A DNA stretch of 63,595 bases, counting the filler, from Reticulomyxa filosa (lineage: Eukaryota; Protista; Foraminifera), in NCBI GenBank assembly GCA_000512085.1. It is 14 parts of 14 records of this genome, joined end to end, with 100 filler letters (N's around TTAATTAATTAA, not from the genome) between each part and the next. Parts side by side here need not be neighbours in the genome. Positions count along the whole stretch, not along the records: positions 45,727 to 54,393 come from ASPP01002767.1; positions 54,494 to 62,443 come from ASPP01019774.1; positions 62,544 to 63,595 come from ASPP01029301.1; 11 more parts are not named here. The stretch is one strand, 5' to 3'. Positions 50,864-63,446 of this stretch are shown piece after piece. Positions within the stretch are counted from its first letter, which is position 1. Each line of letters begins with the position of its first letter. The notes under the pieces are model-generated. The model saw only the letters and a program-made list of their open reading frames with translations. It was not told the DNA's origin and did no database searches. Made by a program: the position numbers and the translations under genes.

Positions 50864-53030
50864 ATGGCTAATCGAAATACAAGACAAAAACCTCCTAAAG
50901 AACAAACTAAACAAGATCAACATCTTATTACTTCATCTCCCTTTCAATCTTTGAAGGATTTGCCCATTCCACTTGATCAATCTCAGTGTGTGTCGCACAA
51001 ACACGAAATCCTCATTTGCGGGGGCTATAGTCAAAGTGATTGTTATTCTTATCATACACTCAAAGATGAATACAAATTTATCTGTAAGTATCCAAGTGAT
51101 GTTAGCTTAAATGGACATTGTGTGGTGAAATTGGCAGATGATGACAATGTAATCACTTTGTTGTCTTTTGGTGGATATCCATTTTCAAACAAACATACAC
51201 TATTAATGAAATATGTAAGTGTTTGGGGTAATGAAAATAATAATAATGAAATAAATAAATCAAACAAGTACAATCAATGGATTTCTGTCATAGACGATCA
51301 CGACCATCCACTTATCATTGGAAGATATCATGATCCTTATCAAGGAGTGCGTGCAGTGATTGGGGGAAGCAAAAATCATTTGTTATTTATAACTTATTTT
51401 AAAAAGGGTATTAGTGTGTATGATTTAAGTACATATCAATTTATTAAACATGAAACTTTACCGACCGATAATTTAATTTATTATCACTGCTTTGTATCAA
51501 AGTCAGGAAATGGACAAAAAAATAAAAAAATAAATGAAATGTTATTGTTTTGTCAAAAGACAGGATTATCAATTGAATACGATGAAGATAACAACACTTT
51601 TCAGTTTCATAAGCTACCTGTTTGCGATGATATTGCATTATTCTTTAAATATGCATATGTGTGTATCAATGAGCAATCTTGTTCTTTGGTGGAGATGGTT
51701 GGAAAGGTGGTAAGTGCATTGTCTCAAAATTAGTGCATAAATATTCAATTCAAGAAAGCAAATGGACGACATTTGAAAACACTTTACCCAGTTCATTGTG
51801 TCATTGTGTTGCAATATTGAGTGAAGACAACACGCATATACACATTATTGGGGGAAAATGATAAAGATACCACAGTAGTACACATGAAGGCAAAATTACG
51901 TGTATGGGATGTTTCACAGTTGGTAATTATTTATTTTTTTTGATCAAACAGAAAATAAATTATACTATAAATAATGAACAGTCAAAAAATGAAATAAGAT
52001 CTATTGTTCAATATTGGATTCGAACTTTAAATATAAAATTAGGACGGATTAATAAGTTTAACAACATTGTCATCAACTATGTTAAGCAGTTTCTTTTGTA
52101 TACAAATGATTGTAATTATATAATTTGCATTTTCAAATAGGTAAAAGGTTATGAACTATTAAAGATTTTGCAAGGACATGACAAATCAGTGAGGATGTAA
52201 GATTTTCTGCAGATGGTCGCAAAATTGTTTCAGCATCATATGATCAGACTGTTCGAATATGGGATGTTTCATCGGGAAAACAACTTCAAATTTTTAGAGG
52301 GCATACAGATTCTGTCTTTACTGCGAGATTTTCACCAAATGGACATGTTGTTGTTTCGTGTTCAGGTGATGGAACAATTCGATTTTGGGATATTAATACA
52401 GGAACTGAAGTAATGAAATTAGAAAAAAATTTTGATAAGGTATTGGATGTAGACATTTCTCCAGATGGAAGATATATTGTGTCAGGTTTTAGAGATAACA
52501 TAATAAGATTATGGGATTTGCATTCTGGAATAGAAATAGGTCAATTATTAGGACATTCAAAAGGTGTATTGAATACACAATTTTCACCAAATGGTAAAAT
52601 GATTGTATCGTCATCATATGATAAAACAGTTAATCTGTGGAGCGTAGAATCAGGTGAAATATTGAAACAATTTAAAGAACATTCTGATGGTGTAATGCGT
52701 GCAAGATTTTCTCCAGATGGCAAATGTATTGTATCTTGTTCATCAGATAATACAATTCGAATATGGAATATTGAAACAGGAAAAGAATTGAACATATTGA
52801 AAGAGCATATAAATTGTGTGAATGATGTAAATTATTTTCCAGATGGTCAAACGATTGTATCGTGCTCAAATGATAATACGATTCAATTGTGGAATGTAGA
52901 ATCAGGAAATAGAATACAAATATTGAAAGGACATTCTCGTTCTGTGAAATGTGTGAATATTTCTCAAAATGGGAATATAATTGCATCGGGCTCTAATGAT
53001 TGTAAAATTCGAATTTGGGGATTATCATGA
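50864..53030 (+). pseudogene. Kelch-like propeller + linker exon + 7 WD40 repeats; about 3 frameshifts (pseudogene or sequencing errors)
   Basis: Kelch-like GG blades (LICGG, LSFGG, AVIGG, LFFGG, HIIGG), introns 51923-51981 and 52081-52140, then 7 WD40 units to 53030. The frame breaks near 51672, 51858 and 52196. Confidence 0.8.
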
Positions 53031-53689
53031 TTCATACAAACAATAAAATTTTTTTTAAGCAATCCAAAAAATCAAAATTGGAGTGAAGGAATTCACTAAA
53101 TAAAAAATTGTATTCTCGATTCTCTTTCGTAATACAACTTTTTTTTAAATATTATTTTAAAGATTTATAATAACAAGGAACAAACACTCAAAGTTTACAA
53201 GGGCATGTTCGGTACTTTTTATTTGATATCCTTCAATATCAAACTTGTTTTTAACTATCTTTGAAACTATTTTTGGAATCGTGTCAAAACTTTTTTTGAA
53301 AAATAAAAAATAATGAACAAAAATTAAATAATAAGTATAGTAATGTTAATTTATTTCAATTAAGTTCTTAAACTTACTGCAATTTTGAAGAGTGAAAAAA
53401 CATAGATAAAAAAAGCAGTGACTATTATGGGATACTTCAAATTACAATAAATAATGTGTATGCGTGTCGAAAAAATCCACTCCATTTAATAAAAAGTTAA
53501 GTAGTGTAAAATTGAGTATAGTCCTCCATCCAACCAAATTTAAGACTTGCTTTTTTAGTCAATAACAATACATTATTATTTAAAAGAAATTACAAATTAA
53601 ATATCAATCATTTCTATTATCAAAAATTACGTGATGAAAATAAAAAAATTAATTTTCTTTTTATTTACTTACAAATTTTTACAATGCGT

Positions 53690-54393
53690 TCATCCCCAAA
53701 CACAAATCCAACGTTTGTTTGAACCATAACATAAATTAACACAAATATCATCATTTACTTTTTTTTCGTTGTTGTTTGAATTCTTTTTCAATTCAATAAA
53801 TTTAAGACATGCTATTTCTTCATATACTTTGATCACATATAATTCACTCTTATTTGATCGAATATCCCAAAAACGAATTGTATTATCCAATGATCCAGAA
53901 CATATCACATTCGAATTACCACCAACTCCATCAGTATTCTTTATTACAAATGGTGAATATTCAACAGCCCAAACCCAATTTGTATGCCCATTGAACACTT
54001 GGATTTGTTCATCAGATCGTATATCCCATAAGCGAACACTTTTATCATCTGATCCAGATAATATTGTATTCCTTAACTCACTTGATCCATATTTTACACT
54101 CCTAACCCAACTATCATGTCCTTTGAATATACCCAATTGTTCAGTTGTTTCAATATCCCATATTCGAATGGTTTTATCAAATGATCCAGAACAGATTGTA
54201 TATCCGTTACCGCCAAGTAAACCAATATTGTTACTTTTATTATCATTCCTGTTGTTGCCTTGCAATGGTGAAATGTCAACACACCAAACAGTACTTGTAT
54301 GCCCATTGAAAACGTGCAATAAACTGGATTTTTCAACATCCCACAAACAAATAGTTTTGTCATCAGATCCAGAACACAAATATCTACCACCAT
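53690..54393 (-). CDS. WD40-repeat protein, 3' fragment (Reticulomyxa-type family)
   Basis: GGRYLCSGSDDKTICLWD..GHTSTVWCVDISPLQ..GGNGYTICSGSFDKTIRIWDIET..ICSGSLDNTIRFWDIRSNK. Confidence 0.9.
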
Positions 54394-54493
54394 NNNNNNN
54401 NNNNNNNNNNNNNNNNNNNNNNNNNNNNNNNNNNNNNTTAATTAATTAANNNNNNNNNNNNNNNNNNNNNNNNNNNNNNNNNNNNNNNNNNNN
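54394..54493. other. Artificial contig spacer
   Basis: N44-TTAATTAATTAA-N44. Confidence 0.98.
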
Positions 54494-54532
54494 AATAATA
54501 ATAATAATAATAATAATAAACGTGTAAAGAAC

Positions 54533-57500
54533 GTGGACGAACATGCATTGAAAAAAGCATCAATTGAACCAGGATGGTACAACCCCGCAGAACCCAAGGA
54601 TTATAAGAACAAGAACAAATTGCGCGACTACCAGACCATTGGTGTGAATTGGATGATCCTAAAGTTTCTGCGCGGTGAAAATTTTATTTTGGCAGATGAA
54701 ATGGGACTGGGCAAAACAGTCCAAAGCGTATGCTTTTTGCTGCACTTGCAGCAGGAGTGCAACATCCACGGACCTTATCTGATCGTGGCGCCCTTGTCCA
54801 CGATCCCCAACTGGAAGCGAGAAATGGAGGAGTGGAGTGACTTCAACGTGGTGGTGTATCACGACAGCGAAAAGTCGCAAGAGTCGCGAGCCATTATCCG
54901 TGAGCACGAGTGGTACAATCATTCCACGGGACAAATCAAGTTCAATGTACTGCTTACGACATACGAAATTGTGTTATCCGACGCCGAGTATCTGGCTGAA
55001 ATCCCTTGGTTCTTGGCCGTGATCGACGAAGGACATCGTCTCAAGTCCACCCAAACCAAACTGGCCGATGCCTTCAAATACATTAAGCCCGATCGTCGAG
55101 TGCTGTTGACTGGCACACCAATCCAAAATAGCGTGCAGGAACTGTTCAACTTGCTATCGTTCCTGGAACCTTCCAAGTTTTTATCCTACGACGCATTTTC
55201 CAAGAAGATTGGGACGAACGTGGACGACAGTGAAAAGTTGATGAAGCTGCGCGAGGAAATCCAGCCGTTTGTGTTGCGACGATTGAAAGAGACGGTGGAA
55301 AAGTCGATTCCAAAAAAAGAGGAAACGATCATTGACATTGAATTGACGACCACACAAAAGACATATTATCGCGCCATCTTTGAAAAAAACCGCGAGTTTT
55401 TGGAGGAAGGAATAACGTCCAAGACCAGTCTACCCAATTTGCTAAACTTGGAAGTGCAGTTGCGCAATCATCCGTTGCTGATCAATGGCGCCATGGAACA
55501 CGAACTGCCCGAACACTTGTCCGAACAAGTGATAATGGAAAAGACAATCAAAGCGAGTGGGAAATTGGTGCTGCTAGACAAACTGTTGCCGAAACTGAAG
55601 GAAGAGGGACACAAAGTTTTGATCTTTAGTCAAATGCGACGCATGCTCGAAATCGTAAGCGACTACATGAAGTACAAACAGTATACGTTTGAACGCTTCG
55701 ATGGCATGACCAAGTCATTGGATCGTCAGGCTGCCATTGATCGCTTTTGCGCGAAAAACTCGAATGTGTTTGCTTTTCTGCTGACGACGCGTGCCGGTGG
55801 ACAAGGCCTCAATCTCGTGGCTGCTGACACGGTCATCATCTTTGATAGCGATTGGAACCCGCAACAAGACTTGCAAGCTCAAGCTCGTTGTCATCGCATT
55901 GGACAAATGAAGGAAGTCAAAGTGTTTCGCTTTGTCACAAAAAACACGTATGAGGCCGACATGTTCGATCGTGCTTCGCGGAAGCTGGGACTCGGACATG
56001 CCATTTTGAAGTCCGTTGAACATGGCACGGGCACCAAAGATTTGAAGGATTTGAAAGTATTGGACAACATGCTACGTCACGGAGCTTATGCGTTGCTGGA
56101 AGAGGACGATACTGCCGCCAAAAAATTTGAAGAATCCAACATTGACGAAATCCTGAAACACTCGTCGCGAAAGTTGGAAATGAAATCGTCGATCAAAAAA
56201 AAAAGATTGAGCGAAAACGGAGATGAAGAAGAGGATGAAGAAGAAGAGGAGGAAGAGGATGATGATCACGAAGATGGACAGCCAAATGGACATTCGTCCC
56301 AAATCGGTGTTGGCTTGGGAATACACGCGTTCACACGAAGCTCCTTTACTGCTGATGCAAATGATTCTTCTTTGAATATGAATGATACTGACTTTTGGTA
56401 AAAAAGTTTTTTTTTTTTTTTTTAAAAAAAAATAAATAAATAAACAAATATAATACAATATAATATATATTATATTGTGATGATCTAACAATGAACATGC
56501 TTAATTGGTTGATGTTACTACAAAAGATATTCAAAATTCGACGGAATAAAAATATGGAGGTAGACGGAGATGATGACGATGCACTGCTGGACGACACGGC
56601 GAAATCACGGCGATTGCTGGACGATATTAGCAGCGACTTCCCTTTCGACAAACCAAAGAAAGTGGAGGTGTGGTGGAACAAGTGCAAGAAGCACGTAGAA
56701 AAGATTGTGCAAAAGTACAAAGAAGGCGAGACGATTCACAACTTGGAAGTTCACAAACATTTAGTCAATGAAATTGTTAGCTTAGCTTCTCAAGATGTCT
56801 TCAATCCCAAATGTTTAAAGAAAGCCAAAGAGTGGCAAAAAGTGCTCAAAAAACGTTTACGCAAATCAATGAAGCCATCTTTGAATGAGGACAAATTAGA
56901 TTTATTTAATAACATTATCAAGCCCCCTGCAAAGAGTTTCGTGTATTTTTGTTATATATATGTATATGTGTATATGTATACATGTACTCTCATGTTTCAA
57001 TTGATATTTTTTACGTTTAAAAAAAAAAAAAAAAAAAGCGAGTAAACGTCGGAAAAAATCCAACAAAAAAAGAAAACTCGTCGAATGAAATGATGGATGA
57101 AACCCCAAAAGCGACAACGAACAAGAATGAAAATGACCCATTTGCTCCGACAGACTGGCCACTGTGGCGAGGTGATTGGTCGGACCAATGTTCCCGATGC
57201 AATCTCGGTGGAGAGCTGTGGCTGTGCGATGGACCTTGTGTCGGGTCTTACCATACCAAATGCATTGGCGAGCTCGCTCTCGATACCGAATCCGACCCTT
57301 GGTACTGCGATCAATGTCACTCACTATTGAAGCGCCGAAATACCATCACGAAAGCCACTCTGGGAAAATCCAAGCGCTTTATGCCTAAATCGCATTGTCT
57401 GGTCCACGTGTGGATCGACGAAGGCGACACCTGTCCTCCCACAAAAGTGGCTGTGCTAGAAGGTGGTCCATTGCACGCTACAAACCTCTTTCAACCTGAA

Positions 57501-58066
57501 ATCACTCCAACTGAACAGTCCAACACCAAACGACCAAAGGAAAACAAAAAAAGAAACAAACCAACAAAAAAACAAAAAAAAGAAATCGCAAAGAAATGGA
57601 AACTGAGTTATAGATTTTATATGTTCTCTTTATTTTATTGGAGTTGTTGTACACAAGAAGAAGAAAATAAATTATTGATGGTGATATGATAGGTGGTGAT
57701 AATGATTAGACTCACAAACTTTAATCTCGTTTTTTTTTTTTATTGTTTGTTTGTTTAAAAAAAAAAAGTGAGTCCAACATTCAGACGGCTAACAACATCG
57801 AAGTCATGAAACCAGTAGAGGACCATGCTCCTCAGCTGAAAAGGCCAAAACTTGAAGAAATACAATCAAATGATGACCTTCATGGGCCGAGTGTCGACAC
57901 AACGCAAATTTGTTCCCCGCTACCAGTTGATGAATACGATACCCCATGCGTCGTCAATGTCATTGATGCGTTTGCTCAAAATCAAATGATGGTCGATATC
58001 CCACACAACCTTGAAAGTACCAAGCCCATGACAGTGACACAACAAACAACGGAAATGTTGCAGTAG
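54533..58066 (+). CDS. CHD-family (CHD7/8/Kismet-like) SNF2 chromatin remodeller with a C-terminal PHD finger; 5' end off-contig
   Basis: LRDYQ, ILADEMGLGKTVQ, DEGHRLK, LLTGTPIQN, KEETIIDIELT..QK.YYRAI.EKN, SGKLVLLDKLL, FDSDWNPQQDLQAQARCHRIGQ and YEADMFDRASRKLGL. The PHD CSRC..GELWLCDGPCVGSYHTKC..WYCDQC is at about 57188-57318. Introns lie near 56398-56526, 56935-57038 and 57610-57768. Confidence 0.93.
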
Positions 58067-58715
58067 GCAATTTGATTACATCGAAACAAGAGGGGGGAGA
58101 AAGAGAGGGCTAGGAAAAGAGAAGAAACCAAAACAATCAAACATGAGAAAAAAAAGAAACACTTTTTTTTTTTAACAATTTAAATGTGCATCTTATCTTG
58201 TGCTACGTTTTTTAAATCTTTCCACGCACTGCTTATCAGGTACAGCTCCCTAAAATATAAAAAAACAAGATAGAAAAAATTGTTGATAACGCAGCTCATT
58301 CTCTTCTTTTTTTTTTGGTAGAATTATCAATTTTGTTTTTTTTTTAAAAAATTGATAACAAAGTGGTCACGACCATTTGAAATAATGCTTGTTTTGGTTT
58401 GATTTGTTTGTTGGGAAACGAAAATGTGAAATGACAAATTCATGACGGTTACTGAAATTGGACTTTTTCGTTCTTTGTTGGCTGAACACACGTTTTAATT
58501 GGTAGTATTTCATTCTCTATTGTTTTTTTTTGTTTTGTGAAGCATATCCAGAATGTTTTTTCCACCAAGATAAGTTGCAAATGGTTGGCAAGTCCATTGC
58601 TTGCCAAACAGTTCACGTATCTACTCATCACTTTTAACACATTGCTGAAAAAAATGTTTTTGGCAAAAACTTAGCAAGTTTTTTTTCACCCCCCCTAAAT
58701 TTTGAAAGATTTTGA

Positions 58716-60667
58716 ATGGATATCCTTGGCCTTCTTGCTTGGTGAGGTTATATTTTTTCACTATTTTGAACAACTCTCAAGGTAGCAATATACATATATA
58801 TATAATAACGTGTATACAATACAGTGAAACGTTATTTTTTGACACAAATCCGTTTCCGTTTGTAATACGCCAAGGTAGGGAAGGAAGAATAAGCCGTGGT
58901 CTATTAGAAGAGCCAATAAGAGGGGAGGAGAAAGTGCTAATCGAAGAGGATGAAAGTGCAATTTTGCAACAAAGATTAGCAAATGATGTGACTCGTACAA
59001 TACAATTTTTATCGGTGTTCGGAACTTTTTGTGTTCTGTTTTGCGGATTGTCGTACAAGATGTACCAAAAACCTTACGACTCGCCACAAGGGAATACTTT
59101 GGTGTCTAAAATTCGTCGGATGGCTTTTTTTGGTTGGTTCTTCCGACAGCCAATGTACGCACAACAAGTAGAAACAGTAGTCGCTGAAACAGAAATAGAG
59201 CCTCTGGCAGGATCTAGTCCCAAAAATTTTCTTGGTTTGTGCAAGCTATTTTTTTTTATTTTTTTTTTAAGGAAGGGAGAAGTTGTTGGTACGTACACAT
59301 GTTCCTACAACATATGATGTGCAGGCTGAAAGTTGTTTTTTTTTTAGAAGAAGGGGGAAAGAAAAAAAAAATATATATACATGTATATCTGTTTACATTT
59401 AATTTGATTAGGAAAAAAAAAAAAAAGACACAAATGAACGTAAACCTCATGCCATTAGTGACGTTGTGCTGTCGGTGCAAAAAGAGGAAGACACGGAAAA
59501 GAAGCATGTTCCGGGAAAGAGGAGTAATGTAAACAAATTGATGACGATAAAACCGGGGGCGTACATTGTGTGCAACTCGGCGAATATGACGCTGCTGTGC
59601 TGTGGACTGCTGCTATTGATCGCGTATTTGATCTGGGGCTTCTTCCAGGAAAGGATTATGGCCCATCCCTATGGGGATGGAAGTGACGAAAGGAATTGGT
59701 TCAAATCTTCCGAATTTTTGGTGCTGGTGAATCGTGCGTTTGGACTGGCTGTTAGCTCTATTGTCATCCGTTACACCAAGTGCAGTGGATTTGATTGTCC
59801 GCCTTATTATTACGGCATGTCTGCTTTAAGTAACATGTCGAGCAGTTGGTTGCAATACGAATCTCTCCATTATGTCACTTTTCCGGTTCAAACAGTATTT
59901 AAGTCGGCCAAAGTATTGGTCACTATGCTCGTTAGCACGTTGATGGGAAAAAAACACACTCTCGATCAATATCTAAGTGCTATCTTCGTTGGAGTGGGGG
60001 TTTATTTGTTTCTTATGTCGCAGGTTTGGATATAAACGTAAAAAAAAAAAAAAAAAACTGTTTTCAAAACAATCAATAATGACTACTACTAATCACAATC
60101 AAACAGAGAACCGACGGCAAAGAACGTGAAATGGGGTGGTACTTTTATTTAGGGTTAGTGTTAGTATCGGCTTATGCTTTGACCGATGCATTCACAAGCA
60201 ATTGGCAGCAAAAAGTGTTTAATGAAACTAAAATCTCATCTTTTGAGATGATGCAAGGTACAAATGCTGTCACTTTTGTCGTCTCGCTTATCTTTGCTTT
60301 ACCTTCGATTCCTCAAATTTTGCAGTTTTATATTACACATCCACTTATTATTACTCATTCCATTGTGGTGGGATTGTCTGCTGGCTTCGGTATTTTTTTT
60401 TTGTTTACAGCTTTTTATTAAAGATTTGTATACGAAAACAAAATTGGAAATTCCAAAAATATGGACAAACAAATAAAAGGCCAAATTCTTATTTTTTATA
60501 CTGTTGAAAACTTTGGTGCAGTGAAATTAGCGGCAGTAATGACAGCTAGGATGGTTGTTTCTGTTTTGTTATCCATTGTCTATTACGGACATCCTGTCAG
60601 TATGACAGGGATTGTGGGAATGTTTATCACTTTTGCAGCATTGTTTTACAGCATTTTGTTTAAGTGA
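58716..60667 (+). CDS. Nucleotide-sugar/PAPS transporter (SLC35B2/PAPST1-like), multi-exon
   Basis: WGFFQERIM..Y, SEFLVLVNR, ALSNMSSSWLQYESLHYVTFPVQTVFKSAK, DAFTSNWQ, GQILIFYTV..FGA and MTARMVVSVLLS..YYGH. The probable ATG is at 58716, with intron 58742-58823. Confidence 0.88.
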
Positions 60668-60966
60668 TATTCAAAAACGTACGATTCTGTTCAGCATCGT
60701 TGCAAGAAAGGAAATCGTGAGATGGAGAGGGGAGACAACATGGACGGCTGCTGTTTTCCATTTTTTTCTCCCCTCTACTTCTCTTGCCAAGCTTTTTTTT
60801 CTCTTTCAAGACATTTTTTAAAAATGTTGTGTTTGAGACTAACATTGTTAGTTTGACAATTTGAAAAGGAAGGAAGGGGAAGTTTCAAATTTCAAATTTC
60901 TGAAAATAGTCATCTTTTGGTATTCTTTGTTAATTCTTTGGTAAAAAAAAAAAAAAATGCTGGATT

Positions 60967-62443
60967 TCAAAGTCCAACAAATGGTCTGTTCCAAATCCAC
61001 TGATTGACTGCCCACTTATTGCCCTGAATAACTGGACATCCTCCGTGCAAAGCTAGCATATCAATATCGCCATTAGGCAACATGTTGTAAAATAAAATAG
61101 CTTTTCCTTGCTTAGGTTCAATGGACAATCCTTTGTTTTCATAGCATCCTTGAAAAAACAAGCGATGCTCATGTTGATCGATAGGATAAGCAGAATCACT
61201 GTCGTTTCCGTTTTCATGGAGGGAGTTCCATTTCTCCTCTTCCCAATATTCAATACCTTTGTCTTGTTCAAAATGATGAACATTGTCATATTGCCCATTT
61301 CCCATACCGTCGCAAAAATAACGGTAATAAAATTCACTGTACCAATGATGGTTGCCATCATACCTTGGAAATCGGTATGTCCACCTTTGGTAACATTACT
61401 CAAATAATAAAAAACTGTCGCGAGACGATTTTTGAATCCACCATGCAATAACTTGTCTGAAGAAGACAAAGAGGCAGAGGAGAGATGGCATTGTCATTCT
61501 CGCTTCTGTAGTCGTAATTATAGTCATATTCACGTGTGTCTTCATCCAAAGTTTCGATATGTTTTTTTGGACTTTTGGCGTTCTTTTTGTGATTACTTCG
61601 AACCTCTTCGTCGTGTTGTGCATCATTGTAATTATGGAACGCATCATAATGCATATCAAACTTTCGTTTTTGTTGTAATGAATGACCTCCATATCTTCCA
61701 TATGTGACTTTGGCGCATTGACAATTCGACTGACTCGATTCTTTATGCTGTCCACAATCACATCATTTGCTCCAAACAGCCATGCCGATTTACACGTTCG
61801 ACTATCACTGACTTTTTTGTCAATGGTTATCCCAACTTCACTTCGACGTAGCAATGGCTTGGACTGTTCCATCAAGTACTCAGCCTCTCCTGTTATGGAG
61901 CAGTTTCGTCCATTTGAAGCAGTGGTCATTAAAATTCACGTATAATTAAACATATAAATAATACATATGTATATAACAAAATATATACATATATATAAAA
62001 GCAAACACACAGTTGTTGTTGTTGTTGTTGAAATACCCACAGTTATAAGATTGAAAATCTCAAATATCAAAGGGCGCATATTCAACGTTTTCAATTGAAT
62101 GTAGGGAAAGCCAATGGGCAGTTTGATGGAATGTCCTTTGCGAATGCCGGGCCAAATGAATCTCCCCCCTTCGAACAAAAACGCAATTCTCTCCAAATCA
62201 AAGGGCTGTGTAGTGTGTAATGACTTGCCCAAAGGAGTGAAAATATTGAATGGGTTTTTGCGCCATTGTTGTGATATCCGTGCCACTTTTGTTTTTTGTG
62301 TTTGCCATATTTTTTTTGGGCTCATTTTTTTGTGTTGTTTTTCACTGAATTCGTCATTACTTCTTCTTCTTCTTCTTCTTCTTCGTCAATGAAAGATAAT
62401 TCTTCTTCTCCTTTCTCATTATCATGATTATCATGATTATCAT
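60967..62443 (-). CDS. Prolyl 4-hydroxylase (2OG-Fe(II) dioxygenase), frameshifted and 5'-truncated
   Basis: LKTLNMRPLIFEIFNL, RTCKSAWL, EDMEVIHY, HYD, NRLATVFYYLSNVTKGGHTDF, PKQGKAILFYNMLPNG and LHGGCPVIQGNKWAVNQWIW. The frame changes near 61662, 61460 and 61366. Confidence 0.9.
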
Positions 62444-62543
62444 NNNNNNNNNNNNNNNNNNNNNNNNNNNNNNNNNNNNNNNNNNNNTTAATTAATTAAN
62501 NNNNNNNNNNNNNNNNNNNNNNNNNNNNNNNNNNNNNNNNNNN
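62444..62543. other. Artificial contig spacer
   Basis: N44-TTAATTAATTAA-N44. Confidence 0.98.
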
Positions 62544-63446
62544 AATATGGCAGTGGTAGCCCCAAATATTGTGAAGAATTTGTTTACCGTCAACGTAAAC
62601 AGACACAAGTCTCTGACGCTATGCCAAAAATTATCCGCAAAGGTTGTGTCGACATGCAATATACTGGCGCTGACGAACAATGGAAAATTTGTCGTAATGG
62701 AAATGGCAATCTAATTTTATAAACTCACGACAACAAGCAAAACTAGCTGTGTGTGCGTGCGCACATGCGCAATTTTTGGATTTTGAATCATATCTATGCT
62801 AATGGGAGGAATAATAAGGTCGAAGGTGGCATTGATCATTGATAATTTGTGAATAGATAGAAAGATAGAGAGAGCTTATTGCATTGTTTGTGGACAAAGC
62901 TATCTTTTACGAACTGCCTTCAGTATCGACTATTGTGACCACGAGAGACGCGTTAGATTGCACTCAAGAAAGCAATAAAGAAGGATACGTCAAAAGTAAA
63001 AAAAGAAAATATAAATAATAAATTCCCTCACCGTATCGTTAATCCAAAAAAGTTGAATAGATGTGCGAAATTTCCAACAACGATCATTATCCAAGGTCAA
63101 AGTATGTCTCCTATCAAAAGGGCGACGAATTTTGTATGCCATTGGAATCGTTGAAAAAAAATTCTCATAGTTTAATCGTCGACGATCTGGGTCTTGGCAC
63201 TATCCAACTACAAAGGCAAGCTTAGTCAAGAAGAAAGGGAAAAAAAAAGACGTGATAATATCGCGTAAAATGGAAACGAAGCGATACCAACATTGCGGTA
63301 TCACAACGACATCAGCGACTAAACTGGCCAAAGAAAAGGAAGACAAAGAAGATATGATGTTGTATGGTGGTCGAGTGAGCCACTCTCACATGGGGCCATT
63401 CTTTCGATATCCGTGACTCAAGTTGGTGGACGATGTTTGCTTGTGA
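62544..63446 (+). pseudogene. Possible degenerate coding fragments, family unknown
   Basis: GC-richer blocks give short protein-like reads (..EDMMLYGGRVSHSHMGPFFRYP*LKLVDD) interrupted by stops. Confidence 0.2.

Noticed and set aside
53769-54449. 226-aa plus-strand ORF, and similar ORFs opposite the other WD40 arrays
   Set aside because: Antisense shadows of WD40 coding sequence.
9716-62543. Recurrent TTAATTAATTAA motif as a biological repeat, CRISPR-like array or chromosome-breakage signal
   Set aside because: It is always centred in exactly 44+44 N and puts stops in all six frames, so it is an artificial concatenation linker.
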